A DNA stretch of 64,000 bases from Eledone cirrhosa (GCA_964016885.1 OZ024743.1:101556001-101620000); one strand, 5' to 3'; positions 49,600-63,092 are shown, counted from the first letter of the stretch. The notes: generated by a model not told the origin, from the letters alone. Numbers and translations are program-made.

Positions 49600-50782
49600 C
49601 ATTTCGAAGTTCATCGACATCAGTAACTACTACTCCTCCATCACTTTACCACTTCTCCTTAGAGCTATCAATTTCGCTAAAACACTCACAGTGGTTAAGA
49701 ATTTCGAAGTTGATGTCATCCTCAATGCCTGTAAGTCGGTGATTAATTTCGACGACTCTATTTGGATTAAAAAATCTAATAGTACCCCATTCGACGTGAG
49801 TATGGACGCCAGCGATTCTGCGGAGGTTACTGATCTTATCGGCCTTTTCCTTCTTTTCTCTATCAAGGAAGAATTCCCCAACGTGGGCGGTGGTTTGTAC
49901 CGTGATGATGGTCTTTTGACCATGACTAAGTGCGGCCCACGTGCTTGCGACAGGTTCAGAAAAGAACTCACAGCCTTCTTTAAAGGCTTCAACCTCTCCA
50001 TACAGATTGAGGCCAACCTCTCGGTCGTTAATTACTTCGACGTTACCCTCAATTTATCGAATGGCTTGCATTACCCGTATAGAAAGCCGAATGATACGCT
50101 TAATTACATAAGTAAGCATTCTAACCATCCTGCCAACATAACCAAGAACCTGGTAAGAAACGTTTCTTTGAGACTTTCCCGTCTATCTACTAACGAGCAT
50201 ATTTTCAACGACCATTCCACATATTACAATGAAGCTCTTGCTCGGAGTGGATTTGTCGATAAGCTAGCATATACAGAGTACGAGAATAGACCTAGAAGAA
50301 ATAGATCCCGACACATTATATGGTATAACCCACCATATAATATGGAGGTGGCCACACCATTAGCTAAGATCTTTCTCTCCCTTATTATGAAGCATTTACC
50401 CCTACACATAAATATAGTAACATTTTTAATAGAAATACTATTACAATTTCTTACTCTACGACTCCTAACTTTGCACATAACATCACAGCTTCAAATTTAG
50501 CTAAACTACCTAGTCGTAGGAACACGTGCAACCCTGTAGTTAGTACTAACTGTAATTGTAGGAATCGGGTTGACTGCCCCCTATCCGGGAAATGCCTCTC
50601 TAGTAACATTGTCTACAAATGTAAAGTTGAAACACCCACGCCCCGTAGGGCCTACAGAGGATTAACCGCAAATAGATTGAAGCAGCGTCTTTACATGCAT
50701 ACCCATTCTTTTCGTAACCCTTTAAGAAGGAATATGACGTCACTTTCAGCTTATATCTGGAGTCTAAAAGACAATCACACCC
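49600..50782 (+). mobile_element. Penelope-like element, Naiad-type (RT plus GIY-YIG), truncated at both ends and frameshifted near 50400
   Basis: FIDISNYYSSI; FDVSMDASDSAEVTDLIGL; GLYRDDGL; VNYFDVTL; YRKPN..HSNHP; IIWYNPP; CNCRNRVDCPLSGKCLSSNIVYKC..YRGLT..LKQR. Confidence 0.88.
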
Positions 50783-52370
50783 AATAAAACTACCCTAAAG
50801 GGCCATGTGTTTAAATTTAACGAAAATATCTCCACCCAGAATGAAGGAGCAGCCATTGGCGTCAGCATAGTTGGTGATGTTGCCAATCTATTTATGATAT
50901 GGTGGGAAAGGAAACTCAAAGAACACCTTGAAGAGATCTCCATAGACCACGTCATGTACTCTCGTTACGTAGACGATATTAATCTAGTAATAAGAATAAC
51001 CCCACAAAAGAGTACTAATGAACATGATTTAGAAGATAGCACAATGGAAAGCATCCAGCAGATAGCTAACTCCATACACCAGAGTATAACTGTAACTGTT
51101 GACTACCCTTCCAAACACCCCAACAATAGACTACCAGTACTAGACGCGGAACTCTGGATTAACACTATAGACGAGAGGGCCCAAATTCTCCACTCAAACT
51201 ATGCTAAACCCATGGCCTCCAAATACCTGATACTCAAAAACTCAGCAATGTCAAATAGTGCTAAGTTTAATATTCTGATATTGGTACGAGTGATGAAGAA
51301 CGTGTCCCGCATGTGCGACCCAAATGAAATGGAAAGCCACATCCAACACTTCATCAACCGCATGCAGTTCTCTGGCTACAACCAAAGAGACAGAATCAGA
51401 GTATACAAAGGAGCCACGGGGAAGTATAAAACCCTCATAGAACTAGACATGAAAGGAATTTGCCCATTATATAGGAGCAAATCATGGAATAGCTTAGATA
51501 GGACTAAACATAAGATAGGGAAAGCCACCTCATGGTACGACAACCAGATATACCAGAGTGTCATGTTCGTGGACGCTACCCCTGGAGGGAAATTAGCTAA
51601 CCAGTGTAGAAAGGCCCTCAGAAAGACCCACTTAAAGAGTAAAGTGGTAGAAAAGCCAGGAACTACCATAAAATCCCTGATCAGCAAAACATACCCTTTT
51701 AAGAAAACCCACTGTACTAATAGGAAATGTATTATATGTAAAGTAAACCCCCGGATAAACTGTAAAACTAGAAACGTAGTCTATAGCATGAGATGTATAG
51801 AGGGTACTTTCAGAAATATGACAACAACATACATAGGCGAGACAGTTCGTAGCATAGGTGAAAGGATAGACTAACACTCGGGGGAACTAAAAGGACGAAA
51901 AAACGGTTCAGTTCTATACGAACACGCCAGACAACAACATGACGGTTACATAGACAACATAGAAATTAAAATATCTAAACATAGAAATGACCCAGCAGAT
52001 AGGCAAATCAGAGTGGCAAGTGAAATAGAACTTAGAAGGCCAAAGCTAAACAGAAAAAATGAATGGAATAACAACAACACCCAAACAAACAATACTGACT
52101 TAAGAGAAATATAAATAAATAAATAAATAAATATATACACAAGCACAATAACAACAAACACATATAAACAAACACTAGTAAACTAAGATAGAATACAATA
52201 ACCAAAACACAGTCACCAAAACGCGAACACACACCAAACACTATACACACACGCAAACGCATGCGCAGAGAAGAAGAGAAAAATAAATAAATAAATAAAT
52301 AGATAAAATAAAGATGGCGTAGATATACAATACAACGGTTTGAAATTCTTCATGAAACAACAATAGATAT
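50783..52370 (+). mobile_element. Second Penelope-like element (RT plus GIY-YIG, possibly Nematis-type), 5'-truncated
   Basis: QNEGAAIG; RYVDD; LPVLDAELW; YAKPMAS; VMFVDATPGG; CTNRKCIIC..NCKTRNVVYSMRC..YIGETVRSIGER; LNRKNEWN. AC-rich 3' region. Confidence 0.88.
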
Positions 52371-52390
52371 TTCATGAATAATTTCAAAGG

Positions 52391-52576
<186 letters not shown>

Positions 52577-52850
52577 CATAGTCTATTTCTTTAGAAAGGG
52601 GGTGTCATTTTTTATGTCTGTTTCTTTGTTCTAAAGAACAAACACTTTCAGAGACATACGCACATACACGTACATACACGCATATGCACGCACATAGACG
52701 GATAGACACACTCGCGCATATATATATATGCAAATGTATGTATATATAGTAATATATATGCATATATATATTTATATATATATGTATACATATATATGTA
52801 TATATATATGCAAATGTATGTATATATATATATATGTTTATATATATATA

Positions 52851-52949
<99 letters not shown>

Positions 52950-53110
52950 GTATGTATGTAAAAGATAAACAGAAATAACAACACAATCGGTACAGTATAT
53001 GGAAGGGATATATTAGGTTATATATATATATATATATATATATATCAAGCGTTAACCTAATATATCCCTTCCATATACTGTACCGATTGTATTGTTATTT
53101 CTGTTTACCT

Positions 53111-53120
<10 letters not shown>
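52950..53120. repeat. Inverted repeat with ~70-bp arms around a (TA)n spacer
   Basis: GTAAAAGATAAACAGAAATAACAACACAATCGGTACAGTATATGGAAGGGATATATTAGGTTA, with its reverse complement at 53051-53116. Confidence 0.9.
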
Positions 53121-53142
<22 letters not shown>

Positions 53143-53148
53143 CATACA

Positions 53149-53247
<99 letters not shown>

Positions 53248-55365
53248 ATCTATATGTATATATATATATAAACATATATACGTGAGTGTGTGTGTCTATG
53301 ATGTATATATGAACAATAGTGACTAATGCTTAGTGCATTTATCTATATTCTGCGCCTGACTGGCTGATTATAAATTCCTCACAGACGCCTCACTTGCTCT
53401 AGTCTCTACAGACTAAGAGAATGAAGTAGATTTCTGATAATTAAATTGTGTCTGCCAGCTTCAAACAATTCCTTAGGTCTTCTTGCATGAATAATTTCCC
53501 ACAGAACAAACACATTATCAAATATGGTGCGATCTCTTTAGAAGTGACAGCGAATTTATGATCGTGTTATTAATTTAAGAGTGAGACTGTCACGTGAGAA
53601 TGTGAACATATAAAGTTTCTAGAAACTTTACGGTTCGTATTTGGAACTGGTGATTTTGAAAAAAATCTTCAACCTTCACTAGAAATCGAGTATCACTTGG
53701 TACCCTGCTTTTGCTTGGAGCTTTAAGTGCCGATGCAATCCCGAACAGAAATAGACACCCTATCGACCAGCATTCCTTCAATACAGCGGAATATCTAGGA
53801 CGTGACAGCTGTAATTTGACTAGTAATTCTTTTTTTTATCAACCCTGGAAAGATGAAAAGTAGAGTGGATTTCGACAGAACTTGAATTCAGAACGCAGAG
53901 ACCCAAAACAAACATCGAATGTTTTAACCATTCTGCTATGTTGACTGGCAATTAATTATTATTATAATGTTAGCTTTAGTAGACTGTATCAAAGATTAGA
54001 ACTTCTTTCATGTTAACTAATCGACAAACGAAAAGAAACTAAAAGAAGCAACCAGGGTGAAAACTAGCTCTGAAATATTGTTTTCTAGAATATTTGAATA
54101 TATTAAGCATTGATACATCTGTGAATTTAGAGCTTAAACAGCTTAATAAATCCCATTTCAATCAAAAAGTTTTAAATACCTTACTATCTGCTGCTATCTT
54201 CAATTTGATTTGTATTGCGTTCATTGCAAATTTATGTGAACATGAATAAAAAACAACGTACAAATTATCAGTGAACGACGAGGCCAGCTGTATATGTTTT
54301 GTGAAAACGGTTATATATGCACAGGAGATTAGGTTTCTTTTTCTGAAACAACTTATATTAACATGGAGACATATTGACAGGAATTAGTGGACAAAAATCT
54401 TGTTAGGATGTAACTTGTCTTAACGGTCTGTCTAGAATACGATAAAGAAATGTCACATTGGACATAAAAATCAAAATAAATCTTGAATTATGACAAAATT
54501 CATTGATGTTATTAAGGTTACATATTGGATATCGTATAGTGTTTTTTCTTTTCCTGATGAAATTGACTGCAATAATTCATAGTTAGTTGTATATGACTGT
54601 AGTTGAATGCTGTGTGTAGGAAGTAAAACTGTTGCATATGACCGACATTTTCCTACCTCAAATATTACAGGGCAAGCATGTCAAAATTATCTCTTTGATC
54701 AATAATCCAGCCCTTACAAAAACAAGATCGGAAAAAAACGTTATTAGATTTCTTTGTTTAATATTTTGGTTGGAGTGTGTCCAAGATCTTTGCATACACT
54801 CCAAGACTTGTGAAGTTTATGCAGTTGATATCCTCCTTGACAGCTACAGGAAGAATATACACAGATCATGAATAACAGAAAATTAATGATACTCTGGGAT
54901 GCAAAGTCTGGGTAAAGTCTTTGGTACGAGGCCTAGGTGTGGTGGGCTCAATATGGAGGAAGAGTGGTGGAGAGACAAGGGAATCGGGTGGATTTGAGTG
55001 GAGGTAGCACGGGACTAGCAAGCTCCCAAGGGACAGTGGCTACTAGGCTACTATAGTAGCAGCAGAAGAGATAGGATGAAGAGAAAGTATCTGTGGGAGA
55101 GAAGTTGGAGTGTAGTAGTGAGCGATTTCATGCTAAACAGTCATTTGGACATTTTCCTGAATACTCTGTCCAGGAAACCTGTATGAGTAGTAAGAACAAC
55201 GCCTATGATCTGAGAGCAGTTGGTGGATCTCCACTCATAAAATTAACATGCATGTGGCCGAGAATTTCACAGACACGAATACCCTTAACGAGGTTCTGAA
55301 GGAGATTGAGAAAATAAGAAGATAGTATAAAAATAAGGTTTTTTATTTAATAGAAACTTAAATTA

Positions 55366-56630
55366 TTGGGTTGGCAAGAAAGTAATTTCGGTTTTTTAGT
55401 GTGAAATAAAAGTCATTCTTTTCATGCAAAGAATGAACTTTAATCAATTATATATATTTCAATTTTGTTAGATGACCTTTTGCTATCTTTCTGTCAATAT
55501 CATGATTCCGTACTCATAGAACTTCTGGTCCTTATCATCCAAAACCTGAGGTGCAATTTCAGGTAATCATCATTATTGAAAGTTTTACCATTCAAGGAAT
55601 TTTGCAAACTTCTAAATCTGATGGTGCAAGGTCAGAGCTATATGGTGGATGTCACATCATTTCCCAATCCAGCTCCAATAATTTTTCATGAGTTAGCAAA
55701 GACGTGTGTGGTCTAGCGTTGTCATGGTGGAACACGATTCCTTTACGATTTGCCCATTCTGGCCGTTTTCTTTGATTGCTTCCTCCAGGTTCATTAGTTG
55801 TTGACAGTAAAACACCAGAATTGATCGTTTGGAAGCAGCTAAAAATACACAACACCTTTGTAATCCCACCAAATTGACAGCCTGACCTTTTTTTGATGCA
55901 ATTCAGCTTTTGATGTAGTTTGTGCTGGTTCATTACGCTTGGACCATGATCGTTGTCGATTGATGTTATTATAGACAATCCATTTTTGATCACCAGTGAT
56001 GATTCGTTTAAAAAAGGGTCTATTTTATTGCGTTTGAGATGCATATCACAAATATTGATTTATTGTTTTAAGTGAATTTCTTTCAATTTATGTGGAACCC
56101 AAATATCGAGCTTCTTAACGAGTCCAAGACATTTCAAGTGATTTTCAATTGTTGTGTGTGATACATTTAACCCCTCTGCAATCTCTCACACAGTTATATG
56201 ACAATCAGATTCAATTATGGCTTTGATTTGGTCATCATTAATTTCAGTATGTCGACCAGAACGTTGGTCATCTTTGAGTGAAAAATCTGCAGAACTGAAT
56301 TTTTAAAACCCTTTCTGACATGTGTGTTCTGTTAAGCAATCAACACCACAAACTTCACATATCTCTTCGTGACCCTCAGCAGCTTTCTTGCCTTTATGGA
56401 AATAAAAAAAGCAGAATATGGCGAAAATGTTTGTTTTTGCATTCCATGTTAAAATTGACACTGAACTAACAGCTGTAAACAAAATTACGCGCAATTTGCT
56501 TCTAAAGTAAGCTAAAAGTAACGGCTATCAAATGTCAACAGGAAAAATATCATAACATTGACAAAAGTCATTAAAAAAATCGTAACTCTATCTATTTGCA
56601 AAAAACGAAATTACTTTCTTGCCAAACCAG
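55366..56630 (-). mobile_element. Mariner DNA transposon (mellifera-like TIRs), full length with decayed transposase (~55440-56447)
   Basis: TIRs TTGGGTTGGCAAGAAAGTAATTTCGGTTTTT / AAAAACGAAATTACTTTCTTGCCAAACCA, with TA at the left end. Motifs HFRHILLFYFHKGK, ITGDQKW, FHHDNARPH and HPPYSSDLAPSD; ~1.27 kb. Confidence 0.93.
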
Positions 56631-56844
56631 AATTAAGAACTAGAATAACATATTTTTTGTGTCTGAAATATTCTCTTCCCCCAAATACAAAGAAACCAAC
56701 AAATAAACGGCTTCTCACATTTAGGTGACCGCAAAAAAGTAGATGACCGTAAAAAAGTTAAATCTAATTTAATTTACAGTCTAAAAAGTCAGACAGCGAT
56801 ATTGTTGTTATTTGTAGTTCTAGACCATCACTAACTGGAAGACG

Positions 56845-57110
56845 GCGAATTGGCAGAGTTGTTAGTATTTCAGATAAAATGCTTTGCGGCATTCATTCTG
56901 GCCTTCAGAGCTCTTAGTTCAACTTTGCCTTTCATCCTTTCAAGGCCGACAAATAAAATACCAGTCACGTACAGGCGTCGGTTTCCCTTCTATATCTCTT
57001 TCTCATTTTCTCTCTCTGGAAGAAATCGGCTGTGTTCAGATAAAGTGTCAAAGACACGCTGTATGCCACGACGGAGCCCCTACGATTCCACCAAGAGTTA
57101 AGGGCCCTCA
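56845..57110 (+). mobile_element. tRNA-derived SINE, long form
   Basis: GGCGAATTGGCAGAGTTGTTAG head and CAACTTTGCCTTTCATCCTTT core. Confidence 0.6.
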
Positions 57111-58322
57111 TCACGTCATCTCTGACCGAGCCGAAATACTATCCAACCATAATAATCTTTTTGCATATCTAGGACTATGCTGTCCAATGCCTTCAAGTTG
57201 GAGTGAAACGAAGTAGACAGAGACTGATTGGAAGCCCGTCTGATAGATTATATCTATAATTAAAGGGGCAGCCTAGTCACACACTGTGTTTTACGCACGC
57301 TGAATCTCACTGAGAATTTAGTTATGGGTAGATGTGTCATTGGAATGCTTATCCGCTTACACAAATCTGTCAACTCTCCAAGTCCGACGCGGAGATCTCC
57401 TACCCACTTTGGGGTGGGTGAGAGATGACTTTCATTATTTAAAATCTCCACATTTTGCCTCATTTCTTCTCATTTTGGGGTACTTTTATTCATGGTACTT
57501 GGTACTTCCCGTTTGGGATTTTAGAGGTTGGCAGATCTGCTTAAAAGTTAATGTCACAAGAAGGCTTGCTGTCTGGTTAATCGAACAACTGGAACAGCTG
57601 TCGTCGAAATTGACGGTAGATCAATCCATTCCACGAGGAAGGAAATCGGGATAGTTAACTGATAAGAGAACAGGAGATAGACACAAAAGGTAAAGAAACG
57701 CTGCTATCGGTACAGGTAATACGGTTTTATTTTGAGTATGGTTGTAATTGAGATTTGATTAAATAAATGTGTAACAGTATCTTCTTTCGTTCTCGGATTT
57801 CAAGTTTAACTGGAGCCAATTTTGACTTTTCTCTTCCACCAAGTTTGATAAATTGAGTATTACTAAAATATTTGTGAAGATGAATGCGATTATATAAGCA
57901 TTTCAGCTCTGGAAATTGGCGTTACGCTTAAGTAAGAAAATATTATTTTCCAAGACATGCAACAATAACAACCGAAGAAAAAAAGCAAAACAAAACAAAA
58001 TAACCATGAAGAAAATAAACAAATATATTATTAAAAATATCACTAAACAAATACAGCACCAAATAATCAGTATGCCGCAGATTCTTCTAAGAATTATGAA
58101 AACAATCAACTAAATTATTAAAAATAAGAACGTATCTATAGAATAGCGTTTCAAAAACGTGTGGGTAAAATATATGAACTTATTTATTAGATAAACAAAC
58201 CTTTCTTCTGTATCTTTCCATACGTTGATGTATGTATGTATGTATGTATGTATGTATGTATGTATGTATGTATGTATGTATGTATGTATGTATGTATGTA
58301 TGTATGTATGTATGTATGTATG

Positions 58323-60153
58323 TTCTTCTGGTTTTATAATTTCACAAATTTTTGCCAATAGAGAGAGAGTCGGTTTCTAACATAGACACAAGACTCTCTT
58401 ATTGGAATTTACACAACATCAACTAGGTAGATATGTCTGCATGCATGCATGTGTAGATATGGATGTTATTGTATGTGTGGATGTGGATGTTTTGAGTTGT
58501 ATGTGTGCATGTGTGTATGCCTAGTATCTGTACATGTGTATATGCAGTTATTAGATGCAACATTTTTGGAATGTTTTACATATTTTTGCTGTTCCATTAA
58601 TGGATTGTACTTGTAATTTCCTAACTAGTTGTGTTCTTTCTGCTCCTGTGAAGCCTAGCTTCTCAAGATTTGTATTGAGGCAGTTACTAACATACCCAGT
58701 GCCCCAATAATCACAGGCATAAATCTGAAGGTGTAATCAGGGTGGAGTATCTGCAGATTTCTCATCAGTTCTGCATAAATATTCTCCTTTTCACTAATCT
58801 TTGATATTATATTGGCATCTGCTGGGCAGCTAATTTCCAGTACTGTGCATGCCTTCTTTTCCTTGTCCCATATCATATCTGGTCTGTTATGCCTGCATTT
58901 TATTGTGGGTTTTACTGGAACATTCCACCACTACTCTTTCATATTATGTATATGTATGTTCTCCACATTGCTGTAGCTTTTAATGTGTTTATTATCAGTG
59001 TTATCTTTTCTACGGATTGCATTGTACAGTGTTTTGGCCACTACATCATGCCTCATAGGTAGATAGTACCGCGATGACATCTTTGGACAGCTGCATATGA
59101 CATGGGTGACATCTTCAATGTTAATTCTGCAGAGTCTGCACTTGTTATCACATCTAGGTGTTTTGCCTGCATCCCTATCTCTTTTGTGAATCAGGTATTT
59201 CGTGTTGATTTCCTGTTCTTGGATTGCAAAAGCGTATCATTCAAAGTGGGAGCCAATATAGCGGTTGTTGTTCCAATCTACTTTCTTAATCTATATTACT
59301 CTCACTCTGGAGCTTCCTGGCAACATATCCATGCATGATATTTTGCTGATAAGCATGCAGTTTCTCATCCATAGATTCACTGTGATACTGCTGAGCGACT
59401 TCCCTGGGTGTGAGTTTTTGATTATCACACAGGGAATATCTCTCGAGAAGTTCCTTCCCAACTCCCATGATCTTATCTGTTTCATGCAGATAGATTTGCT
59501 CGATAGACGGGCTACTACGCTTTGAGGTTCGTAGATGTTGTCGGAGGGATATGATGCGACATTCAAATGCTGTCTGCACTGATGTTACGCCTCTGTCTCC
59601 CTGCTTACGTTTCAAATAAAGGTGGTCTATGTCACTGTTGATGTGGAAGTTTCCGGTGTTGTTTAGTATTTTTCGAGTTCTAACATCAATCGCCTGGATT
59701 TCGTCTATCGTCCAATTGAGTATTCCAAAAGTTGGTGTTAGGACAGGCACAGCAAATACATTGAGAACCACTGTTTTGTTTTGCGCAGAGAGTTCCGATG
59801 ACCCTATCTTTCTTAATCGGGTGTAATAATCCCTGGTTACGCGTTCCTTATTACAGATACCATTAGAGGATATGTTCTCATCTATCTCCAGGTATCTGTA
59901 GCAGTCCTCATCAGATATTGGTGAAACAGTTAGACCATTGATACAAATGTTGCTAGATTGGGTTGTTGTTTTTCGCCGCTTTACAGTCATCTATGAGCAT
60001 TTATCGTGGCCAAATTCCATTCCTATATCCTTTGAGAATATTGTAACCAGGTCAAGATTTTTCTTCATCCCATCCATGTTCTTGGCATAGAGTTTCAGAT
60101 CATCCACAAAGAAATTATGGGTTAGGTTCGTATTTCTGTCCTACTGTGAGCCT
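58323..60153 (-). mobile_element. Second, divergent Dong/R4-clade LINE fragment flanked by (TATG)n
   Basis: [14 protein letters not shown]; YRYLEIDE; SDIDHLYLKRKQGDRG; RHDVVAK; NRPDMIWDKEKKACTVLEISCP; PVIIGALG. (TATG)n at 58229-58322 and 60154-60236. Confidence 0.9.
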
Positions 60154-60371
60154 ATGTATGTATGTATGTATGTATGTATGTATGTATGTATGTATGTATG
60201 TATGTATGTATGTATGTATGTATGTATGTATGTATGAATAATTTCTCTCCACCTCTCTCACTTTCATTATATACATTTATAGACATATGTGTACATACAC
60301 ACACACACACACACACTCACACACATATATATTTACATATACATCCAGATATGTATGTATATATGTATATA

Positions 60372-60911
60372 TGTCGGGTCACTCTTGAGTGCTACTGGTA
60401 ACATGTAACCCAGTACAACCTGTCACATGGTCGGGTCGTCGGCGACTAAACCGGCAGCCCCACCAAGTTTACTTGGTGAGGAGGGTGATTTTGGACACCT
60501 TGCTGGACAAAAAACAAAACCTGACAAAGAGCGGAAGAACTCATAAGAGTCAACGGCCATACGAAAGTGTGTAAATATGTATATACACATGTACCGCGCG
60601 GTTAAACCACTGGGAGTGAAGGACCCCTAGTCTTTGTCAGGGCATTCTTCTAGGAGAAAGCAACTCAGGAAACTGGGATAACTCCGATATAAAACATGCG
60701 GCTCAATAGTTACCGATGATGTTGATCGTTTCTTCTTTTCGGGTTATAGCTACTGTCGCTCAGTGAGTGGGATTGGCTCAGTGCACAGTCTTTCCTCACT
60801 TAAAAAAATATCTTCATGCACAGGCATTGCACGATAGAATTAATTAATAATTATTAATCATGGTATATCGTGCAATGGCCATACTCGATAACGAGGGGGC
60901 AGCCATCATCA
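60372..60911 (+). mobile_element. Related subfamily of the RTE-derived non-autonomous element
   Basis: Head closely similar to 44905-45060. Tail TGGCCATACTCGATAACGAG..GCAGCCA resembles TGGCCGTACTCGAAAACGAG..GCAGCCA; followed by (ATGT)n. Confidence 0.7.
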
Positions 60912-60985
60912 TGTATGTATGTATGTATGTATGTATGTATGTATGTATGTATGTATGTATGTATGTATGTATATATGTATGCATG

Positions 60986-61572
60986 TTTATGTCAGGTCAC
61001 CAGTTGGTGCTACTGGTAACATGTATCCCAGTACAACTAAACTGGCAACCCCACCAAGGGTTCTTGGTGAGGAGGGTGACTTTGGACATCCTGCAGGACT
61101 AAAAACAAAACCTGTCAAAGGCAAAGGAGCTCTTAAGAGTCAATGGCCATCCAAAATCACCGGGAGAGATGACCCCTTAGCCTTTGACAAGGCAGAATTC
61201 TAGGAGAAGGAAAACTCTGATATAACACCTGCAACCCTGATGGTATCCAATGATGTTGACTTGTTCTTCTTTTTGGTAAATATCATCTTGGTTAAGAGAG
61301 TGGGACTGGCTTTGTGCAGTGCCTTTGCTCACTATAAAAGCTTCACGGCACAGGCATTGCTTTATATCTGGAGATCTCTCTGCACTTGTCATCACATGGT
61401 ACCATGGGCCCAGCACTATGTGTCAATAATTGTCACAAGTGTAGTGTTTGTACCAGAGTTTTCAAGTCGCTGGTTGGACTAAAAAGTCACACTCGTTCAG
61501 CGCATCGGTAGCGGTTCTCCTACATGGATATAAAGTAGTGGCCGTACTCGAAAACGAGTTGGCAGCCACCAT
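60986..61572 (+). mobile_element. Non-autonomous RTE-derived element, copy 2
   Basis: Near-identical to 44897-45512 apart from a ~27-bp deletion in the head. Confidence 0.8.
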
Positions 61573-61635
61573 GTATGTATGTATTTATATGCATACACCT
61601 ATGTATGTACAATTACAACAGATATAAGATAATAA

Positions 61636-61803
61636 TTGTTTCTACTTTAGGCACAAGGCCAGCAATTACACAGTGCATTACTGGTACTTTATTTTATCGA
61701 CCCCGTAAGGATGAAAGGCAAAGTCAACCTCGGCGAGATTTGAACTCAGATCGTAAAGGGACGTAACTATGCTGGAAAGCATGGCGTCCGACCCTGACCG
61801 AAG
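61636..61803 (-). mobile_element. tRNA-derived SINE, short form
   Basis: GGCACAAGGCC..TATCGACCCCGTAAGGATGAAAGGCAAAGTCAACCTCGGCGAGATTTGAACTCAGA. Confidence 0.75.
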
Positions 61804-61894
61804 TCTAGATAAATATTTACAATATAGCAGAAATAACGAAATAACTATCATCTAACTACTACGTCACTAGATATTTATTCTTAGGAATGCTGTA

Positions 61895-61955
<61 letters not shown>

Positions 61956-62128
61956 GTGGGAAAGTGAAAAATCGGAGAATAGACCGTTAAAACATGTTTA
62001 TTGAAAATATCACCTACGTACGTTTCGCCCAGTTGGGCTTCTCAGTACGCTACTTGGCAAATAACTATATGTATCACCTATCCCTCCTTTTTTCTCTCTT
62101 TCTCGATACGTAAATACTATATATATAT

Positions 62129-62216
<88 letters not shown>

Positions 62217-62999
62217 TTTGTTTTGAAACAGCGAGCGAAGTTTGAAATGTGTTAGAAATAGAAGTTCTCGCCGTATGGAAGCTTATATATATTGATTCGG
62301 GTAAGGCCCGCAGATTCCGTGTTATTGTAGCGGCAGATGGGGATACACTTCTGTTGTTGTCTTTAATGAATATTTCACTCCCTTCCTGCAATACAAGCAC
62401 TGGATACGACATCTACGATGGATGATCTGCATAAGGTTGAGTACTTTAATTTATTGCATCATCGTTTACTACCCGGAATCATCAGTTGCACCCATTGGTA
62501 AACAACGTAACTAAAGTGTGATAGTGGAGGGGGAATGAATGGTGTGGACGATAGCACCGGGAAGGACGATAGGAGATATCAATTGATTTTTCAGAATTTG
62601 AGAGGTGGGTGTAGTGATGAGCGTATAGCTAAGCAGTTCTAGTAGAGCAGGGTATGGAGATAGATCAAACAACATGTTATGCTGGTAGGCATCGTTCTCC
62701 AGTACAAATCCACATGTGTATTTAAAAACTTTCCTGTAATATAAGTGACAACAGGACTGTTGAGTTGGCAGAAGTTGTTGATCACTGGATAAGAAGATTT
62801 ACAGTATTTAGTATCATAATTTGCATGCTAATTTCAAATTGTATCAGTGTTAATTTGTGAATGTTCCTTTCATTCTTCTGGTATCGATAAAATATCAGTC
62901 ATATATTGGACTTGATTCAATTGACTACATCAATTGAGCCCTTCCTTCCATTTCTGTGTATATATATTGGATGTATGTATATATAAGGACCCTTAACTT

Positions 63000-63092
63000 T
63001 TGTGGTGACTTCTAGTCTGTATTGAGCATTTTAAACCTGGTGGAGTACATCCCCTCCTCAGGGCAGAACACAGCAGATTTCTTTCAGCGAAG

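Noticed and set aside
50540-50625. Selenocysteine-encoding Naiad (in-frame UGA at Cys positions)
   Set aside because: All Cys codons in the CNCR..CPL.G.C..VY.C motif are TGT/TGC, and the 3' end that would hold a SECIS is missing.
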